Source: Pseudomonadota bacterium
Lineage (GTDB): Bacteria; Pseudomonadota; Alphaproteobacteria; Rhizobiales; Rhizobiaceae
Assembly (NCBI GenBank): GCA_023390055.1
Contig: JAEWDP010000075.1
Coordinates: 19,821 to 83,820, forward strand
Reading direction: 5' to 3'
Length of the DNA stretch: 64,000 nt
Part shown: positions 1-10,732 of the stretch, in pieces
How the letters are laid out: every line of letters starts with the position of its first letter
Position numbering within the stretch: the stretch's first letter is position 1
Notes under the pieces: generated by a model
What the model was told of the DNA's origin: nothing
Databases searched by the model: none
Seen by the model: the letters and a program-made list of their open reading frames with translations, nothing else
Made by a program: the position numbers and the translations under genes

Positions 1-789
1 CGGTGGCACATCATGGCCGAGATTTATATATGTTTGACGCAGCGGTAGTAGATCCAGCAGTAGATCCAGGTTGACGCGCGGATTACGTGAAACATGACCA
101 CCATCAGGAAGGATCTGGCGCTCCAGTTCGCGATCAAGTCGATTGCCTTCGCGTCGGATATGCGCTGTACGTGATGGCATCGATACGGAAGCCATCGCCA
201 ATGCAATCCTGATGCGTAAGAGGGTTTCATCCATTGGCAAGCCACGGACAATCCGCCGGAGATAGCGTACCTGATATGTCAGGCTTCTCATGAACCGGCG
301 GTAGAATCCCGCATCTGCCCCCTGCAAAACCACTGTCGAGTGCGACAACCATGCGATCAGTCGCTCAGCCACCACATTAGGCTGCCAAGCAACTCCGTTG
401 ATGCGGCGACCATGGTGCGTCATCCAGCTCGCAACGAGCCATCGGGCATGGGCACAGGCCTGATCCGTACGCTCTGCGCGAACATGGCGCAACCAGGCAA
501 AGGAATGGAGTCGCTCAGTGAATGCACGAGAAGATTCCTCGATGACGAAAGGTGACTGCCCGTCCGTGTCAATCATTGTACCAGCAAGCGCATATCGCCC
601 GCGGGTAATCTCCTCGGCCACGAATGGATCAATAGCCCGAAGATCTGTTGGTGCAACCAGTAGCCGGTCTGGTACTGACTTCGGAAATGGCGTTAGCACC
701 AAACGCAGACCAGCCGTACGCCGATAGAGCCGACGTCCGATTTCCCGCAAACCGAACGCAAGCAACCGTCGGCGAACAGCGAGCTGCAT
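1..789 (-). CDS. heparinase II/III family protein, N-terminal 263 codons (3' end runs off the left edge)
   Basis: Absent from the ORF track because it has no stop inside the window. My translation of the minus strand from ATG 789 stays open to position 1: MQLAVRRRLLAFGLREIGRRLYRR...DPFVAEEITRGRYALAGTMIDTDGQSPF...RLHSFAWLRHVRAE...AWQPNVVAERLIAWLSH...LPDGGHVSRNPRVNLDLLLDLLPL. The HSFxWLRH and LPDGGHxSRNP stretches are typical of the heparinase II/III-like proteins found next to rsmB in Rhizobiales. Confidence 0.7.
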   Translation of the reverse strand, partial: MQLAVRRRLLAFGLREIGRRLYRRTAGLRLVLTPFPKSVPDRLLVAPTDLRAIDPFVAEEITRGRYALAGTMIDTDGQSPFVIEESSRAFTERLHSFAWLRHVRAERTDQACAHARWLVASWMTHHGRRINGVAWQPNVVAERLIAWLSHSTVVLQGADAGFYRRFMRSLTYQVRYLRRIVRGLPMDETLLRIRIALAMASVSMPSRTAHIRREGNRLDRELERQILPDGGHVSRNPRVNLDLLLDLLPLRQTYINLGHDVPP

Positions 790-890
790 GATCAATATGA
801 AACACTCCGCAGGAGCAAATATCCATTCCGTCGGAAAGGATCGCCCATTAGTCTATTCGAATACAATCAACCGCCATGGTAAAGAAATGC

Positions 891-2297
891 TTACTTGCGC
901 CGGAGAACACTTGCAAAGAAGCCGTCCAATCCACCGGTGAAGCCATCTGTTTGCGGTATCATTGCAGGCGTGGTGCGGAATTCTCCTACCGTTGAGATCG
1001 CATTCTCGAGGCCCGGCCAATCCTCCGGATTCACTGGCACACGCTCGATGCTGTCGTTCTCAGCCAGTATATCGGCCACGACTTGCTCGCCTTCCAAGGG
1101 ATCGAGTGAACAATTCGAGAAAACAATGATCCCTCCTGGTCGCACGAGCGAAACTGCATGCCGCAGCATCGTTGCCTGCACCGTGGCAAGCTTGGCGATG
1201 TCTTCCAATCCCTTTGTCCAAAGCACATCTGGATGGCGGCGAGTCGTTCCAGTCGACGAGCAAGGAGCGTCCAGCAGGACGCCATCCAATGGGTCTTCCG
1301 GAGTAAATGCGAAAAGGTCGCCTTGAACCAGTTGTGCAGACAACTGCAACCGATCTAGGTTTTCTTTTAGCCGTTTGAGCCGATTGGCTGATTGTTCCAC
1401 TGCAATTACATTTGCTCCACCGACCACAAGTTGTGCCGTCTTACCGCCTGGAGCAGCACAAAGATCCGCAATCCGCTTTCCCGCCATATCGCCGAAAAGC
1501 CTTACAGGGATGCTTGCCGCAGCATCCTGGATCCACCACGCGCCCTCATGATAACCCGCTAAGGTCGTGATGGGCCCATCAAAAGACGGAAGACGAATAC
1601 TACCGGTCGGCAATAGTCTCCCCCGCAATTGTTGTGTCCAGAAGTTAGGATCAGACTTGATGGTGAGATCAATGGCGGGAGGGATAAGCTGACCTTCGAT
1701 AATCTTGCGGGCGTTGTCTGATCCATATACCTCGGTCAGGCGATGAAGAAACCAGGTCGGAACTGGTGAGATTAAGGCGGTTCGGTTCGCAATCTCCTGC
1801 CTCTCGCGTACTAACCGGCGCAGAACTGCATTCACAAGCTTTGCAAAGCGACGGGTCCGTGGATCTCGATTTGCCTGTTCGACGGCAACATCCACAACAG
1901 AGTGCTCAGGCACATCGAGATGCATGATCTGGGCCGCAGCGGTGACAAGAATGTAGTGGAGTGTGCGTGCACCTTCCGGCAAAGGCGTGTCCAACAACAT
2001 GCCAATAGAGGCTTCAAGGCGCGGCAAGTATCGCAGGGTCGTTAAGAGGATTGCCCGGACAAGTGAGCGATCGGAATCGTTCAGCTGCAGGTAAGCCGGA
2101 TTGCCATGAACTGGATCCAGCATTCCATCAAGTGAAATCTTCTTCTCCACTACTGCTGCGAGCAGTTTTGACGCAACTGTGCGCGTCTCAAGTCCAGCTT
2201 TTTTGGGGGGATGGACCCCGCTTGCTCGGGTCCGAGGCTTCTTCTTTGAGGATTCTCTCAATGACTTATGGGGTGGTTTCTCGTGGTTCAAGACCAA
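891..2297 (-). CDS. rsmB: 16S rRNA (cytosine967-C5)-methyltransferase RsmB/Sun
   Basis: 468-aa ORF with SAM-binding [10 protein letters not shown] and catalytic-Cys motifs [15 protein letters not shown] and FSNCSL. The N-terminal half is NusB-like. The start is a TTG at 2297 that overlaps the htpX stop by 10 nt, so the exact start is uncertain. Confidence 0.9.
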   Translation of the reverse strand: MVLNHEKPPHKSLRESSKKKPRTRASGVHPPKKAGLETRTVASKLLAAVVEKKISLDGMLDPVHGNPAYLQLNDSDRSLVRAILLTTLRYLPRLEASIGMLLDTPLPEGARTLHYILVTAAAQIMHLDVPEHSVVDVAVEQANRDPRTRRFAKLVNAVLRRLVRERQEIANRTALISPVPTWFLHRLTEVYGSDNARKIIEGQLIPPAIDLTIKSDPNFWTQQLRGRLLPTGSIRLPSFDGPITTLAGYHEGAWWIQDAAASIPVRLFGDMAGKRIADLCAAPGGKTAQLVVGGANVIAVEQSANRLKRLKENLDRLQLSAQLVQGDLFAFTPEDPLDGVLLDAPCSSTGTTRRHPDVLWTKGLEDIAKLATVQATMLRHAVSLVRPGGIIVFSNCSLDPLEGEQVVADILAENDSIERVPVNPEDWPGLENAISTVGEFRTTPAMIPQTDGFTGGLDGFFASVLRRK

Positions 2298-3247
2298 GGT
2301 CCCTTACGCGGATCGGATGGACCGCGACGCCAACCAGAATCTGGAACGCTGCGAGCGGTTCGCGTCGCTCTAGCAGTACGGACGTCTAACGTCGACCCAC
2401 CGGAACCAATCTCTGCCGCCATTTGCTTCAGGGCCGCAATCCGATTGTCAGTGTTCGGATGTGTCGAGAACAAGCTGTCCATTCTCTCGCCCGACAGGGG
2501 ATTAATGATGAACATATGCGCGGTAGCTGGATTCCGCTCTGCATCCTCGTTGTGGATCACCTGGGTGGCACCGGCGATCTTTCCAAGAGCCGACGCAAGC
2601 CAGAGCGGCTGACCACAAATCTCGGCGCCTCGTCGGTCAGCAGAATATTCCCGGGTGCGGCTTATGGCCATTTGTACCAGCATCGCTGCAAGCGGCGCTA
2701 CAATCATGGCAATCAGTACACCCAGAAAACCGAATGGATTATTATTGCGATTTCCGCCGAAAAAGAATGCGAAATTTCCCAGCATCGAGATCGCACCGGC
2801 AAGCGTCGCGGTAATGGTCATCGTCAGGGTGTCCCGGTTTTGAATATGCGCAAGCTCATGCGCCATGACGCCTGCAACCTCTTCAGGTGTTAGCCTCTGC
2901 AGAAGTCCTGTCGAAGCGGCAACAGCAGCATTGTCCGGATTGCGACCGGTGGCGAATGCGTTGGGCTGCGGGCTTTCATAGACATAAACCTTGGGCATGG
3001 GCAGACCGGCGTTGGCGGACAGTTCCCGAATCATATGAAAGAGTTCCGGTGCATTCCGATCGTCTGCAGCCTGGGCTCGATAGGCCGAGAGGACCATTCT
3101 GTCTGAATTCCAGTAGGAGAAAAGGTTCATTCCCGCGGCGATAAGAAAGGCAATCATCATGCCGCCGCGGCCCCCGAGCAGATAACCAACTCCCATGAAT
3201 AGTGCCGTCATGAAAGCAAGAAGCATGGCGGTACGGATCACATTCAT
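2288..3247 (-). CDS. htpX: zinc metalloprotease HtpX (M48 family)
   Basis: 319-aa ORF with hydrophobic N-terminal segments, the HEXXH motif [10 protein letters not shown], and a typical HtpX N-terminus [10 protein letters not shown]. Confidence 0.92.
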   Translation of the reverse strand: MNVIRTAMLLAFMTALFMGVGYLLGGRGGMMIAFLIAAGMNLFSYWNSDRMVLSAYRAQAADDRNAPELFHMIRELSANAGLPMPKVYVYESPQPNAFATGRNPDNAAVAASTGLLQRLTPEEVAGVMAHELAHIQNRDTLTMTITATLAGAISMLGNFAFFFGGNRNNNPFGFLGVLIAMIVAPLAAMLVQMAISRTREYSADRRGAEICGQPLWLASALGKIAGATQVIHNEDAERNPATAHMFIINPLSGERMDSLFSTHPNTDNRIAALKQMAAEIGSGGSTLDVRTARATRTARSVPDSGWRRGPSDPRKGPWS

Positions 3248-3349
3248 TGCCGGTCTCCAAAAAACGAAGGCTTTATTGCCCCTGTTGGACGAACTATGAT
3301 GTGGTTTATCAAATCCTTGTTTTCAATATTCCGCATATCGGAGACCGTG

Positions 3350-3568
3350 ATGCACAGCCCGGATAACGACAACAGCAGCGAAGTCCCTGACGTAGCAGGA
3401 CCAGAAAAGCAACTTCCACCAGCCGCGAAGCGCGCGCTGGAGGAAGCGCAGAAACGTCATAATGCCAGAGTCCAGGCCGAGGTTCCAATTGAAGTCGGAG
3501 GTCGCGGTGGCGCCGATCCAGCACGCTTTGGAGATTGGGAGATCAACGGCCGCGCGATTGATTTCTAA
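3350..3568 (+). CDS. DUF1674 (SDHAF4-like) small protein
   Basis: Track ORF is 3296..3568. I prefer ATG 3350, which has GGAGA 7 nt upstream. The C-terminal ...GGADPARFGDWEINGRAIDF resembles the DUF1674 signature. Confidence 0.65.
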   Translation: MHSPDNDNSSEVPDVAGPEKQLPPAAKRALEEAQKRHNARVQAEVPIEVGGRGGADPARFGDWEINGRAIDF

Positions 3569-3736
3569 TCTTCGAAGATCTGGCCTGACAGAAGTAAAAA
3601 ATTGGACCCAACCAGGATAGGAACTGGTGTTTCCGGAGTGTCTTCGATCGCCGCAAACGATCATATCACGTGGCGAATGACCGTTAGTCAGCAGGTAGGT
3701 TGGGACCGCCACATATCTGAAGCGGCCCCTAGCTGA

Positions 3737-5695
3737 TCAGCCCGATTTATTTTGGCGGTTCTCGATCAGTTCATCAACGACACCAGGGTCTGCAAGTGTG
3801 GAGATATCGCCAAGCGAGCCGAAATCGTCCTCGGCAATCTTGCGAAGAATGCGTCGCATGATCTTTCCAGAGCGGGTTTTCGGAAGACCGGCAGAGAACT
3901 GGATCTTGTCTGGGGTCGCGATCGGACCGATTTCAGTCCTGACGTGTTTGACGAGATCCTTGCGTAGTGTTTCGACATCGTCGGCTTCATGCCCGGACAT
4001 CAGCGTGACGTAGCAATAGATCCCTTGTCCTTTTACGTTGTGCGGATAGCCAACAACGGCAGCTTCAGACACGAGTTCGTGCGAAACCAAAGCAGACTCG
4101 ACCTCTGCGGTCCCAAGCCGGTGACCGGAGACGTTGAGAACGTCATCGACACGACCGGTGATCCAATAGTAGCCGTCCTTGTCACGACGGCAGCCATCAC
4201 CAGTGAAGTATTTACCCTTGTAGGTGGAGAAATACGTCTGCACGAATCGCTCATGATCGCCATAAACTGACCGCATCTGCCCCGGCCATGAATCTGCAAT
4301 ACAGAGATTTCCGTCTGCAGGACCCTCTAGGACGTTACCATCATTGTCCACTATCTCAGGTATGATCCCGAAAAAGGGCACCGTTGCTGAGCCGGGCTTC
4401 AAGTCGGTCGCCCCAGGGAGCGGTGTAATCATATGTCCACCGGTCTCAGTCTGCCACCAGGTGTCGATTACGGGGCAACGAGCATCGCCCACAACGTGGT
4501 AGTACCATTCCCATGCTTCGGGATTTATCGGCTCACCCACGGTACCGAGCAAGCGCAGGCTGGAGCGAGAAGATCGCGTGACGAATTCGTCACCGGCGCC
4601 CATTAGCGAGCGGATGGCAGTCGGTGCGGTGTAGAAGATGTTGACCTTGTGTTTGTCAATCACTTCCCAGAAGCGACCCTGGTCTGGAAAATTCGGCACG
4701 CCCTCGAACATGAGGGTTGTCGCGCAATTCGCTAACGGGCCGTAAACGATGTAGGAGTGGCCAGTAACCCAGCCGACATCAGCTGTACACCAGTAAATTT
4801 CGCCATCCTTGTAGTCAAAGACATATTCGTGCGTCATGGCAGTGAACACGAGGTAACCACCAGTTGTATGCAGAACGCCTTTTGGCTTGCCGGTTGAGCC
4901 GGACGTATAAAGAATAAAAAGCGGATCCTCCGCCTTCATTTTTACAGGCTCACAATGCGGCTTCACCGTGGCCATTTCCTGATGGTACCACAGGTCGCGA
5001 CCGGAAGCCCACGCCACTTTCCCGCCGGTGCGGCGTACAACAAGCACGTTCGAGACCGTCGCAAACTGTCGTGCAGCAATATGGATCGCCTTGTCGGTAT
5101 TCTCCTTTAATGGCACGGGCTTGCCACCACGCACACCCTCGTCGCAGGTAATGACAAAGCTTGACTGGCAATCGACAATGCGGCCAGCGAGTGCTTCGGG
5201 AGAAAATCCGCCGAAGACGACTGAATGAACCGCTCCAATACGGGCGCAGGCCAACATCGCGTAGGCTGCTTCCGGGATCATCGGCATGTAGATTGTGACC
5301 CGGTCACCTTTCTTGACACCATTCTTCTTCAGCACGTTGGCCAAGCGGCAGACGTGCTCATAAAGTTGGTTGTAGGTGATTTTCTTATCAACGTACGGGT
5401 TATCGCCTTCCCATATAATCGCAGTCCGCTCACCGTGCGTCTTCAAGTGTCGGTCAATACAATTATAGGAAACGTTGGTCTGACCGTCCTCGTACCATTT
5501 AATCGAGACTTTGCCCTTGAAGGATGTGTTCTTCACCTTTGTATAGGGCTTGTACCAGTCAATGCGCCTGCCATGCTTGCCCCAGAACTTATCGGGGTCC
5601 TCGACGCTTTCCTCATACCACTTTTGGTATTTCTCATTGTCAATCAGCGCCTGCGCCTTGACGGCCCGTGGCACAGGATAGACATTCTCGGACAT
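3737..5695 (-). CDS. acs: acetyl-CoA synthetase (acetate--CoA ligase)
   Basis: About 650 aa with AMP-binding motif [11 protein letters not shown] and Acs-type N-terminus ...[20 protein letters not shown] 5695 is preceded by GGAGG, so the 10 extra upstream codons in the track ORF are probably not translated. Confidence 0.95.
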   Translation of the reverse strand: MSENVYPVPRAVKAQALIDNEKYQKWYEESVEDPDKFWGKHGRRIDWYKPYTKVKNTSFKGKVSIKWYEDGQTNVSYNCIDRHLKTHGERTAIIWEGDNPYVDKKITYNQLYEHVCRLANVLKKNGVKKGDRVTIYMPMIPEAAYAMLACARIGAVHSVVFGGFSPEALAGRIVDCQSSFVITCDEGVRGGKPVPLKENTDKAIHIAARQFATVSNVLVVRRTGGKVAWASGRDLWYHQEMATVKPHCEPVKMKAEDPLFILYTSGSTGKPKGVLHTTGGYLVFTAMTHEYVFDYKDGEIYWCTADVGWVTGHSYIVYGPLANCATTLMFEGVPNFPDQGRFWEVIDKHKVNIFYTAPTAIRSLMGAGDEFVTRSSRSSLRLLGTVGEPINPEAWEWYYHVVGDARCPVIDTWWQTETGGHMITPLPGATDLKPGSATVPFFGIIPEIVDNDGNVLEGPADGNLCIADSWPGQMRSVYGDHERFVQTYFSTYKGKYFTGDGCRRDKDGYYWITGRVDDVLNVSGHRLGTAEVESALVSHELVSEAAVVGYPHNVKGQGIYCYVTLMSGHEADDVETLRKDLVKHVRTEIGPIATPDKIQFSAGLPKTRSGKIMRRILRKIAEDDFGSLGDISTLADPGVVDELIENRQNKSG

Positions 5696-5914
5696 GGTCT
5701 CCTCCCTATCTGAAACATTCAACACCGGAGATCGCTCTCTGGCATATCTCGTATTCTTAACACCTGACGCAGGTGCATCAATTAGACAAACGGGTCATTC
5801 CCATCGATAATTGCAATTTAATCTCAAACTGTTTATAGACCGTGCGATTTTCCGGAAAATTGTGCTAATACCACGGCCCGCGACACCGGCGCGGCGGACA
5901 GAGGAACTATACCT

Positions 5915-6628
5915 ATGGCTCAACAATTGCTAATGCCGAAAGCAACCGCGGTCTGGTTGGTCGACAACACTGCACTTTCCTTCGATCAGATCGCGCAGTT
6001 CTGCAAGCTTCATCCGCTCGAAGTGAAGGCGGTTGCCGATGGCGAGGCGGCGCAGGGTATCAAAGGGCTTGACCCAATCGCGACGGGACAGTTGTCACGC
6101 GACGAAATCCAGCGCGGGGAAGAAGATACCAATTATAAACTCAAACTCTCCGAGCCAAAAGTCAGAGTTCCAGAATCAAAGCGTCGGGGCCCGCGGTATA
6201 CACCAGTCTCCAAACGCCAGGACAGACCAAATGCCATCCTGTGGCTGGTTCGCAATCATCCCGAACTGAAGGACGCACAGATTTCTCGGCTCGTTGGCAC
6301 CACAAAGTCGACAATTGAGCAAATTAGAGATCGTACCCACTGGAATTCTGCAAACCTGACCCCGATGGATCCCGTTACGCTTGGTCTTTGCAGTCAGATC
6401 GATCTTGATCTGGAGGTTGAGAAGGCTTCCAAGGGACGTCCATTACCAAGTGCAGAAGAGGTTGGCGCGACCCTGCAGTCGGCAACCGAGACCGAAAACC
6501 TAAATGCAGATTATCGCGGCGCGCGCGAAGAGGAGAAGGAAATCGACGCCGATGCCGTCTTCGCCAAGCTAAGCTCATTGAAGTCATCTTCGAGCGACAA
6601 GGACGACAACGAGGACGAAAACTTCTGA
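5915..6628 (+). CDS. DUF1013 family protein (TrcR-like cell-cycle transcriptional regulator family)
   Basis: 237-aa ORF. The N-terminus MPKATAVWLVDNTALSFDQIAQFCKLHPLEVKAVADGE and the central RPNAILWLVRNHPELKDAQISRLVGTTKSTIEQIRDRTHWN match my recollection of the alphaproteobacterial DUF1013 family. The C-terminal tail is acidic. Confidence 0.7.
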   Translation: MAQQLLMPKATAVWLVDNTALSFDQIAQFCKLHPLEVKAVADGEAAQGIKGLDPIATGQLSRDEIQRGEEDTNYKLKLSEPKVRVPESKRRGPRYTPVSKRQDRPNAILWLVRNHPELKDAQISRLVGTTKSTIEQIRDRTHWNSANLTPMDPVTLGLCSQIDLDLEVEKASKGRPLPSAEEVGATLQSATETENLNADYRGAREEEKEIDADAVFAKLSSLKSSSSDKDDNEDENF

Positions 6629-6663
6629 CAGAGATTCTTTAGGTTTGCGTTCAGACTTGCCTG

Positions 6664-6691
6664 AAGCCCGCCAATTGGCGGGCTTATTTCA
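6664..6691 (+). terminator. rho-independent terminator candidate after the DUF1013 gene
   Basis: Perfect 9-bp stem AAGCCCGCC / GGCGGGCTT with an AATT loop, followed by ATTTCATTT. Confidence 0.7.
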
Positions 6692-6728
6692 TTTATGTTG
6701 AAATGCACAACTATCGTCAGCGAACGTG

Positions 6729-6989
6729 TCACGCCGCCTTTAGCGTTGCATCAAGTGGGATTTCGACGTCAATCTCGAGAATTGATACGGTTTCATCGCG
6801 ATCAACCTTTATTTTGACCTTATCATTGTCGAGTTGAACATGCTTGGCAATAACTGCCAGGATCTCCTCCCGCAACACCGACACCAAGTCCGTGCTCGAC
6901 GCTGCACGCTCATGGGAAAGAAGGACCTGCAACCGTTCACGCGCCATTGGTGCAGACCGTTGCTTGCGAAACAAATCAAAAATGCTCAT
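6729..6989 (-). CDS. minE: cell division topological specificity factor MinE
   Basis: 86 aa with N-terminus [28 protein letters not shown] typical of MinE. It overlaps the minD stop by 4 nt. Confidence 0.93.
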   Translation of the reverse strand: MSIFDLFRKQRSAPMARERLQVLLSHERAASSTDLVSVLREEILAVIAKHVQLDNDKVKIKVDRDETVSILEIDVEIPLDATLKAA

Positions 6990-7801
6990 GCGGCCTTCCT
7001 TCCGAAGATTTTGCCGAGAAGTCCGCGCTTCTCACCTGGAATGGTGATCGGCAAGACCTCGCCGGTCAATCGGCGAGCGGCATCGAAATATGCCTGGGCA
7101 GGTGCACTGCGAGCGTCAGCAAGAGTAACGGGCGCTCCGATATTGGATGCACGGAGCACATCCATACTTTCAGGAATTATGCCAAGAAGAGGGATGGAAA
7201 GGATTTCCAGCACATCCTCAACCTTGAGCATGTCGCCGCGATCGGCACGCGCACCGTCATAGCGTGTGAGAAGTAGATGCTTTTCCATACGTTCACCACG
7301 CTCTGCCTTTAGTGTCTTGGCATCGAGCAGGCCGATGATGCGGTCAGAATCGCGAACCGACGAGACTTCAGGGTTTGTGACCACAACGGCAACATCGGCA
7401 TGGCGCATGGCAAGTGTAGCACCCTGTTCGATCCCGGCGGGACTGTCACATATGACCCAGTCGAAGTAGTTTTTCAGCTCGCCGATTACGCTTTCGACCC
7501 CGGCTGGCGTTAACGCATCCTTGTCACGCGTTTGGGAAGCCGGGAGCAGAAAGAGGGTCTCGATTCGCTTGTCTCGGATCAACGCTTGGGGGAGCTTGGC
7601 ATCGCCTTGAATAACGTTGACAATATCGTAGACAACTCGACGTTCGGCGCCCATCACGAGATCAAGATTGCGTAGTCCGACATCAAAATCGACAACTGCA
7701 ACTTTCTCGCCCTTCTGGGCGAGAGCCGCACCAAGCGCGGCCGAGGAAGTCGTCTTTCCGACCCCGCCTTTACCCGATGTCACTACAATGACTTTGCCCA
7801 T
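6986..7801 (-). CDS. minD: septum site-determining ATPase MinD
   Basis: 271 aa with deviant Walker [11 protein letters not shown], positioned in the minCDE gene order. Confidence 0.95.
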   Translation of the reverse strand: MGKVIVVTSGKGGVGKTTSSAALGAALAQKGEKVAVVDFDVGLRNLDLVMGAERRVVYDIVNVIQGDAKLPQALIRDKRIETLFLLPASQTRDKDALTPAGVESVIGELKNYFDWVICDSPAGIEQGATLAMRHADVAVVVTNPEVSSVRDSDRIIGLLDAKTLKAERGERMEKHLLLTRYDGARADRGDMLKVEDVLEILSIPLLGIIPESMDVLRASNIGAPVTLADARSAPAQAYFDAARRLTGEVLPITIPGEKRGLLGKIFGRKAA

Positions 7802-7832
7802 CGCTTTTCTCCTGTTTTGCCGGCTCGTAAGC

Positions 7833-8564
7833 TCAGGCGAGTGTCTCTGCCATGATAGTTTCGTTTTCCAACCAGAGTTGGACAGGCTGTCCTCTCAGGC
7901 TTGGTGCCATGTTTTCCGCAACCTGGTAGATTCCGTCGATGGCCAGCAACTCCGCCTCAAGCTTCCGACAGAAGATTTGCGCCGATGCATTGCCGACAGA
8001 CCCCGCCATAGCCCGACCTCGAAGAGTCCCGTAGATATGCACTGACCCTCCGGCAATCACCTCCGCACCTGACGCAACCGATCCGATTACAGTGACATCT
8101 CCTTCCGGGAAGATGACTGATTGGCCCGATCGGATAGGTTCACGAATAATAATAGATTGCAGCCCGGGTCGAGGTTCGACTGCTGTAACGGACTTGATAT
8201 CCGAATCAGTTGTTTCTGGCCTGGGCTCCTTCGCCATCGCGTCTTCCGACACTGGCCTTCCACCTTTTAGCGCCGGCGGCATACCGGGACCGAGCAGGGA
8301 ATGCCGTGCGCCTTCTATGCCCATGATGCTCACATTGCGCTCAGCAAGTGTCGCCAGAAGCTCCTTAAGTTCCCCACGATCGATGGCGAGGTCTGTGACA
8401 TCGAGTACAATCGGCCTTCCGAGAAAGAAACCGGCTGATCTGGAAGCAAGATTGTCAAGCCGGATGAGCCAGTCATCAAGCGGCAGGTCGGGGGATAGGA
8501 CAACCGCAAGAAAAGAGCGGCCTTTGATTCGGATGGAGCGAGCGTCTGTTAGCACTTTGGTCAT
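7833..8564 (-). CDS. minC: septum site-determining protein MinC
   Basis: 243 aa, first gene of minCDE. The C-terminal beta-helix type repeat region (GDVTVIGSVASGAEVIAGGSVHIYGTLRGRAMAG) is typical of MinC. Confidence 0.9.
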   Translation of the reverse strand: MTKVLTDARSIRIKGRSFLAVVLSPDLPLDDWLIRLDNLASRSAGFFLGRPIVLDVTDLAIDRGELKELLATLAERNVSIMGIEGARHSLLGPGMPPALKGGRPVSEDAMAKEPRPETTDSDIKSVTAVEPRPGLQSIIIREPIRSGQSVIFPEGDVTVIGSVASGAEVIAGGSVHIYGTLRGRAMAGSVGNASAQIFCRKLEAELLAIDGIYQVAENMAPSLRGQPVQLWLENETIMAETLA

Positions 8565-8605
8565 CTACGTAAAGAAATCGTTGTCCCGGTGTAGTGGTGA
8601 CATGG

Positions 8606-8621
8606 TTAACAAAGGGTTAAC
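8606..8621. promoter_or_regulatory. CtrA-type binding box TTAA-N7-TTAAC upstream of minC
   Basis: TTAACAAAGGGTTAAC is a perfect match to the full CtrA consensus on both strands (GTTAAC at both ends). It lies 42-57 nt upstream of the minC ATG at 8564. Confidence 0.5.
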
Positions 8622-8719
8622 GCTAGCCCTACAAAGATTAAGAGCCGGGGGGATCAGTAAAAAAGGCCGCAGCTTCCAGCGCAACCTCACCTTCATTCCA
8701 GCTATCGACGCTCTACGCT

Positions 8720-10642
8720 CTATGCCGCCGACGCTTTGGCATATCCTTTGGCTTTCAAGATTTCCGTAATCTCGTCCAGGATGACCGGATCATCAATTGT
8801 CGCCGGCATTTTCCATGGTAGGCCATCGGCGATCTTCTGCATCGTTCCCCGCAAGATCTTGCCTGAACGGGTTTTTGGCAATCGCTTTACGACCATCACC
8901 GTACGAAAGGCAGCCACTGGCCCGATTTCTTGCCGGACAAGGTCCACGACTTCCTTCTCTATGGATCCTTCTTCACGTGAAACATTATTCTTGAGAACGA
9001 GGAAGCCGCACGGTATTTGACCTTTCAGCGAGTCCGCAATCCCCACCACAGCACATTCCGCCACATCCGGATGCATGGCACAGACTTCCTCCATCGCCCC
9101 CGTGGACAGGCGGTGACCCGCACAATTGATGATATCGTCTGTTCGCGCCATCACGAAGAGATATCCGTCTTCGTCAATCATGCCCGCATCGGCAGTCTTG
9201 TAATAGCCCGGAAACTCGTTCAGGCAGGCTTCGCGAAAGCGATCATCGGCCTCCCAGAAGGTTACAAGGCACCCAGGAGGAAGCGGCAATCTGACAACAA
9301 TGTTGCCAAGCGAGTTTGCTGTTACAGGATGTCCCGCATCATCCAGAACTTCAATCTCATAGCCGGGCATTGGTTGCGTGGGAGATCCGGGTTTGAAAGG
9401 CAGCAGCCCGAGGCCCATCGGATTGCCAACCATTGGCCATCCCGTTTCGGTTTGCCACCAGTGATCGATCACCGGGACGTTCAGTGTCTGTTCCGCCCAC
9501 TTCAGGGTTTCGGGATCGGCTCGCTCGCCAGCCAGAAACAGGGCACGCAACCCGGAGATATCAAACTGCTGAACGAGTTCTCCTGCGGGATCATCACGAC
9601 GTATGGCCCTGAAGGCCGTTGGTGCAGTGAATAGGACCTTCACATCATACTCGGAAACAATCCGCCAATAGGTCCCGGCATCAGGTGTTCCAACAGGCTT
9701 TCCTTCAAACAGGATTGTCGTATTACCGGAAAGAAGCGGACCATACACTATGTAGGAGTGGCCAACTACCCAGCCGATATCCGAAGCCGCCCAGAAGACT
9801 TCTCCCGGTTTCACGCCATACAGATTATCCATAGTCCAATGGAGGGCTGCCATATGCCCCCCATTGTCGCGCACGACGCCTTTTGGCTGACCAGTCGTGC
9901 CGGACGTGTACAGCACATAGAGGGGGTCCGTTGCAGCCACGGACACACAGTCAACGACAGTGCCTTTCATTTTCTCGACTTCAACGGCCTGTCGGAGATC
10001 AATGTCTCCGTGTTCGCGACGAAGTATGGCGGGCATCTCGTCGCGTTGCAGGATCAGAGACGCATCTGGCCTCACCTTTGACATATCCAGTGCTTGATCT
10101 AGAAGCGGCTTGTAAGCCACTATGCGTCCTGGCTCCAGGCCACAGCTTGCACTTACAACGACCTTCGCTTTGCTGTCGTCAATTCGAGCGGCGAGTTCAT
10201 GTGCTGCAAAACCGCCGAAAACCACAGAGTGAATCGCACCGAGGCGGGCGCAGGCGAGCATCGCGAAAACGGCCTCAGGCACCATCGGCATGTAGATGAT
10301 TACCCGGTCGCCTTTTTCTACACCCTGATTACGAAGAACTGCGGCCAGCGCCTGTACCTCCACGAGCATCTGGTCGTAGGTGTAAACCTTTTTCACTCCA
10401 TTCATGGCACTATCGAATATTAATGCCGCTTGCGCGCCGCGTCCCGATCTCACATGACGGTCAATGCAATTGTAACAACTATTGGTTTCGCCACCGATAA
10501 ACCAGCGCCCGTAGACGCCCTCGTCCTTGCTGAAAACCTTCTCAATTGGTGCGAACCAATGAAGCTTCCTGGCTTGCTGCAGCCAGAAATCCTCCGGTGC
10601 CGTCTGCCACTCACGGTAGACATCAAAATACGTGCTCTGCAT
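8720..10642 (-). CDS. prpE: propionate--CoA ligase-like acyl-CoA synthetase (PrpE/Acs family)
   Basis: 640 aa with AMP-binding motif YTSGTTGQPKG. It is an Acs paralogue with PrpE-like length and a PrpE-like N-terminus (YREWQTAPEDFW...). Substrate is inferred only from family resemblance. Confidence 0.7.
   Translation of the reverse strand: MQSTYFDVYREWQTAPEDFWLQQARKLHWFAPIEKVFSKDEGVYGRWFIGGETNSCYNCIDRHVRSGRGAQAALIFDSAMNGVKKVYTYDQMLVEVQALAAVLRNQGVEKGDRVIIYMPMVPEAVFAMLACARLGAIHSVVFGGFAAHELAARIDDSKAKVVVSASCGLEPGRIVAYKPLLDQALDMSKVRPDASLILQRDEMPAILRREHGDIDLRQAVEVEKMKGTVVDCVSVAATDPLYVLYTSGTTGQPKGVVRDNGGHMAALHWTMDNLYGVKPGEVFWAASDIGWVVGHSYIVYGPLLSGNTTILFEGKPVGTPDAGTYWRIVSEYDVKVLFTAPTAFRAIRRDDPAGELVQQFDISGLRALFLAGERADPETLKWAEQTLNVPVIDHWWQTETGWPMVGNPMGLGLLPFKPGSPTQPMPGYEIEVLDDAGHPVTANSLGNIVVRLPLPPGCLVTFWEADDRFREACLNEFPGYYKTADAGMIDEDGYLFVMARTDDIINCAGHRLSTGAMEEVCAMHPDVAECAVVGIADSLKGQIPCGFLVLKNNVSREEGSIEKEVVDLVRQEIGPVAAFRTVMVVKRLPKTRSGKILRGTMQKIADGLPWKMPATIDDPVILDEITEILKAKGYAKASAA
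8969..8984. other. parS-like site (14/16), inside the prpE-like gene
   Basis: TTCTTCACGTGAAACA versus the canonical TGTTNCACGTGAAACA. The right half-site is perfect. Confidence 0.45.
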
Positions 10643-10732
10643 CGGCTCCTCCCAAAGTCCCAGCCAGCCCTGGAAATTACCTTAGGATGATGCAGGAAGG
10701 TCTGGAAAGCCAGACTAAAGCGTTAATTGGCC

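Noticed and set aside
80-94. GGATTACGTGAAACA, a parS-like sequence in the heparinase-like gene.
   Set aside because: It lacks one base of the CACGTG core (TTACGTG), which breaks the palindrome spacing. At best it is a decayed relic, so I did not count it as a site.
3569-3736. Possible sRNA or terminator between the DUF1674 gene and acs.
   Set aside because: I found only a weak GC stem (GGGGCCGC...GCGGTCCC) without a U-tract and no promoter-like elements I could defend. That is not enough to call.
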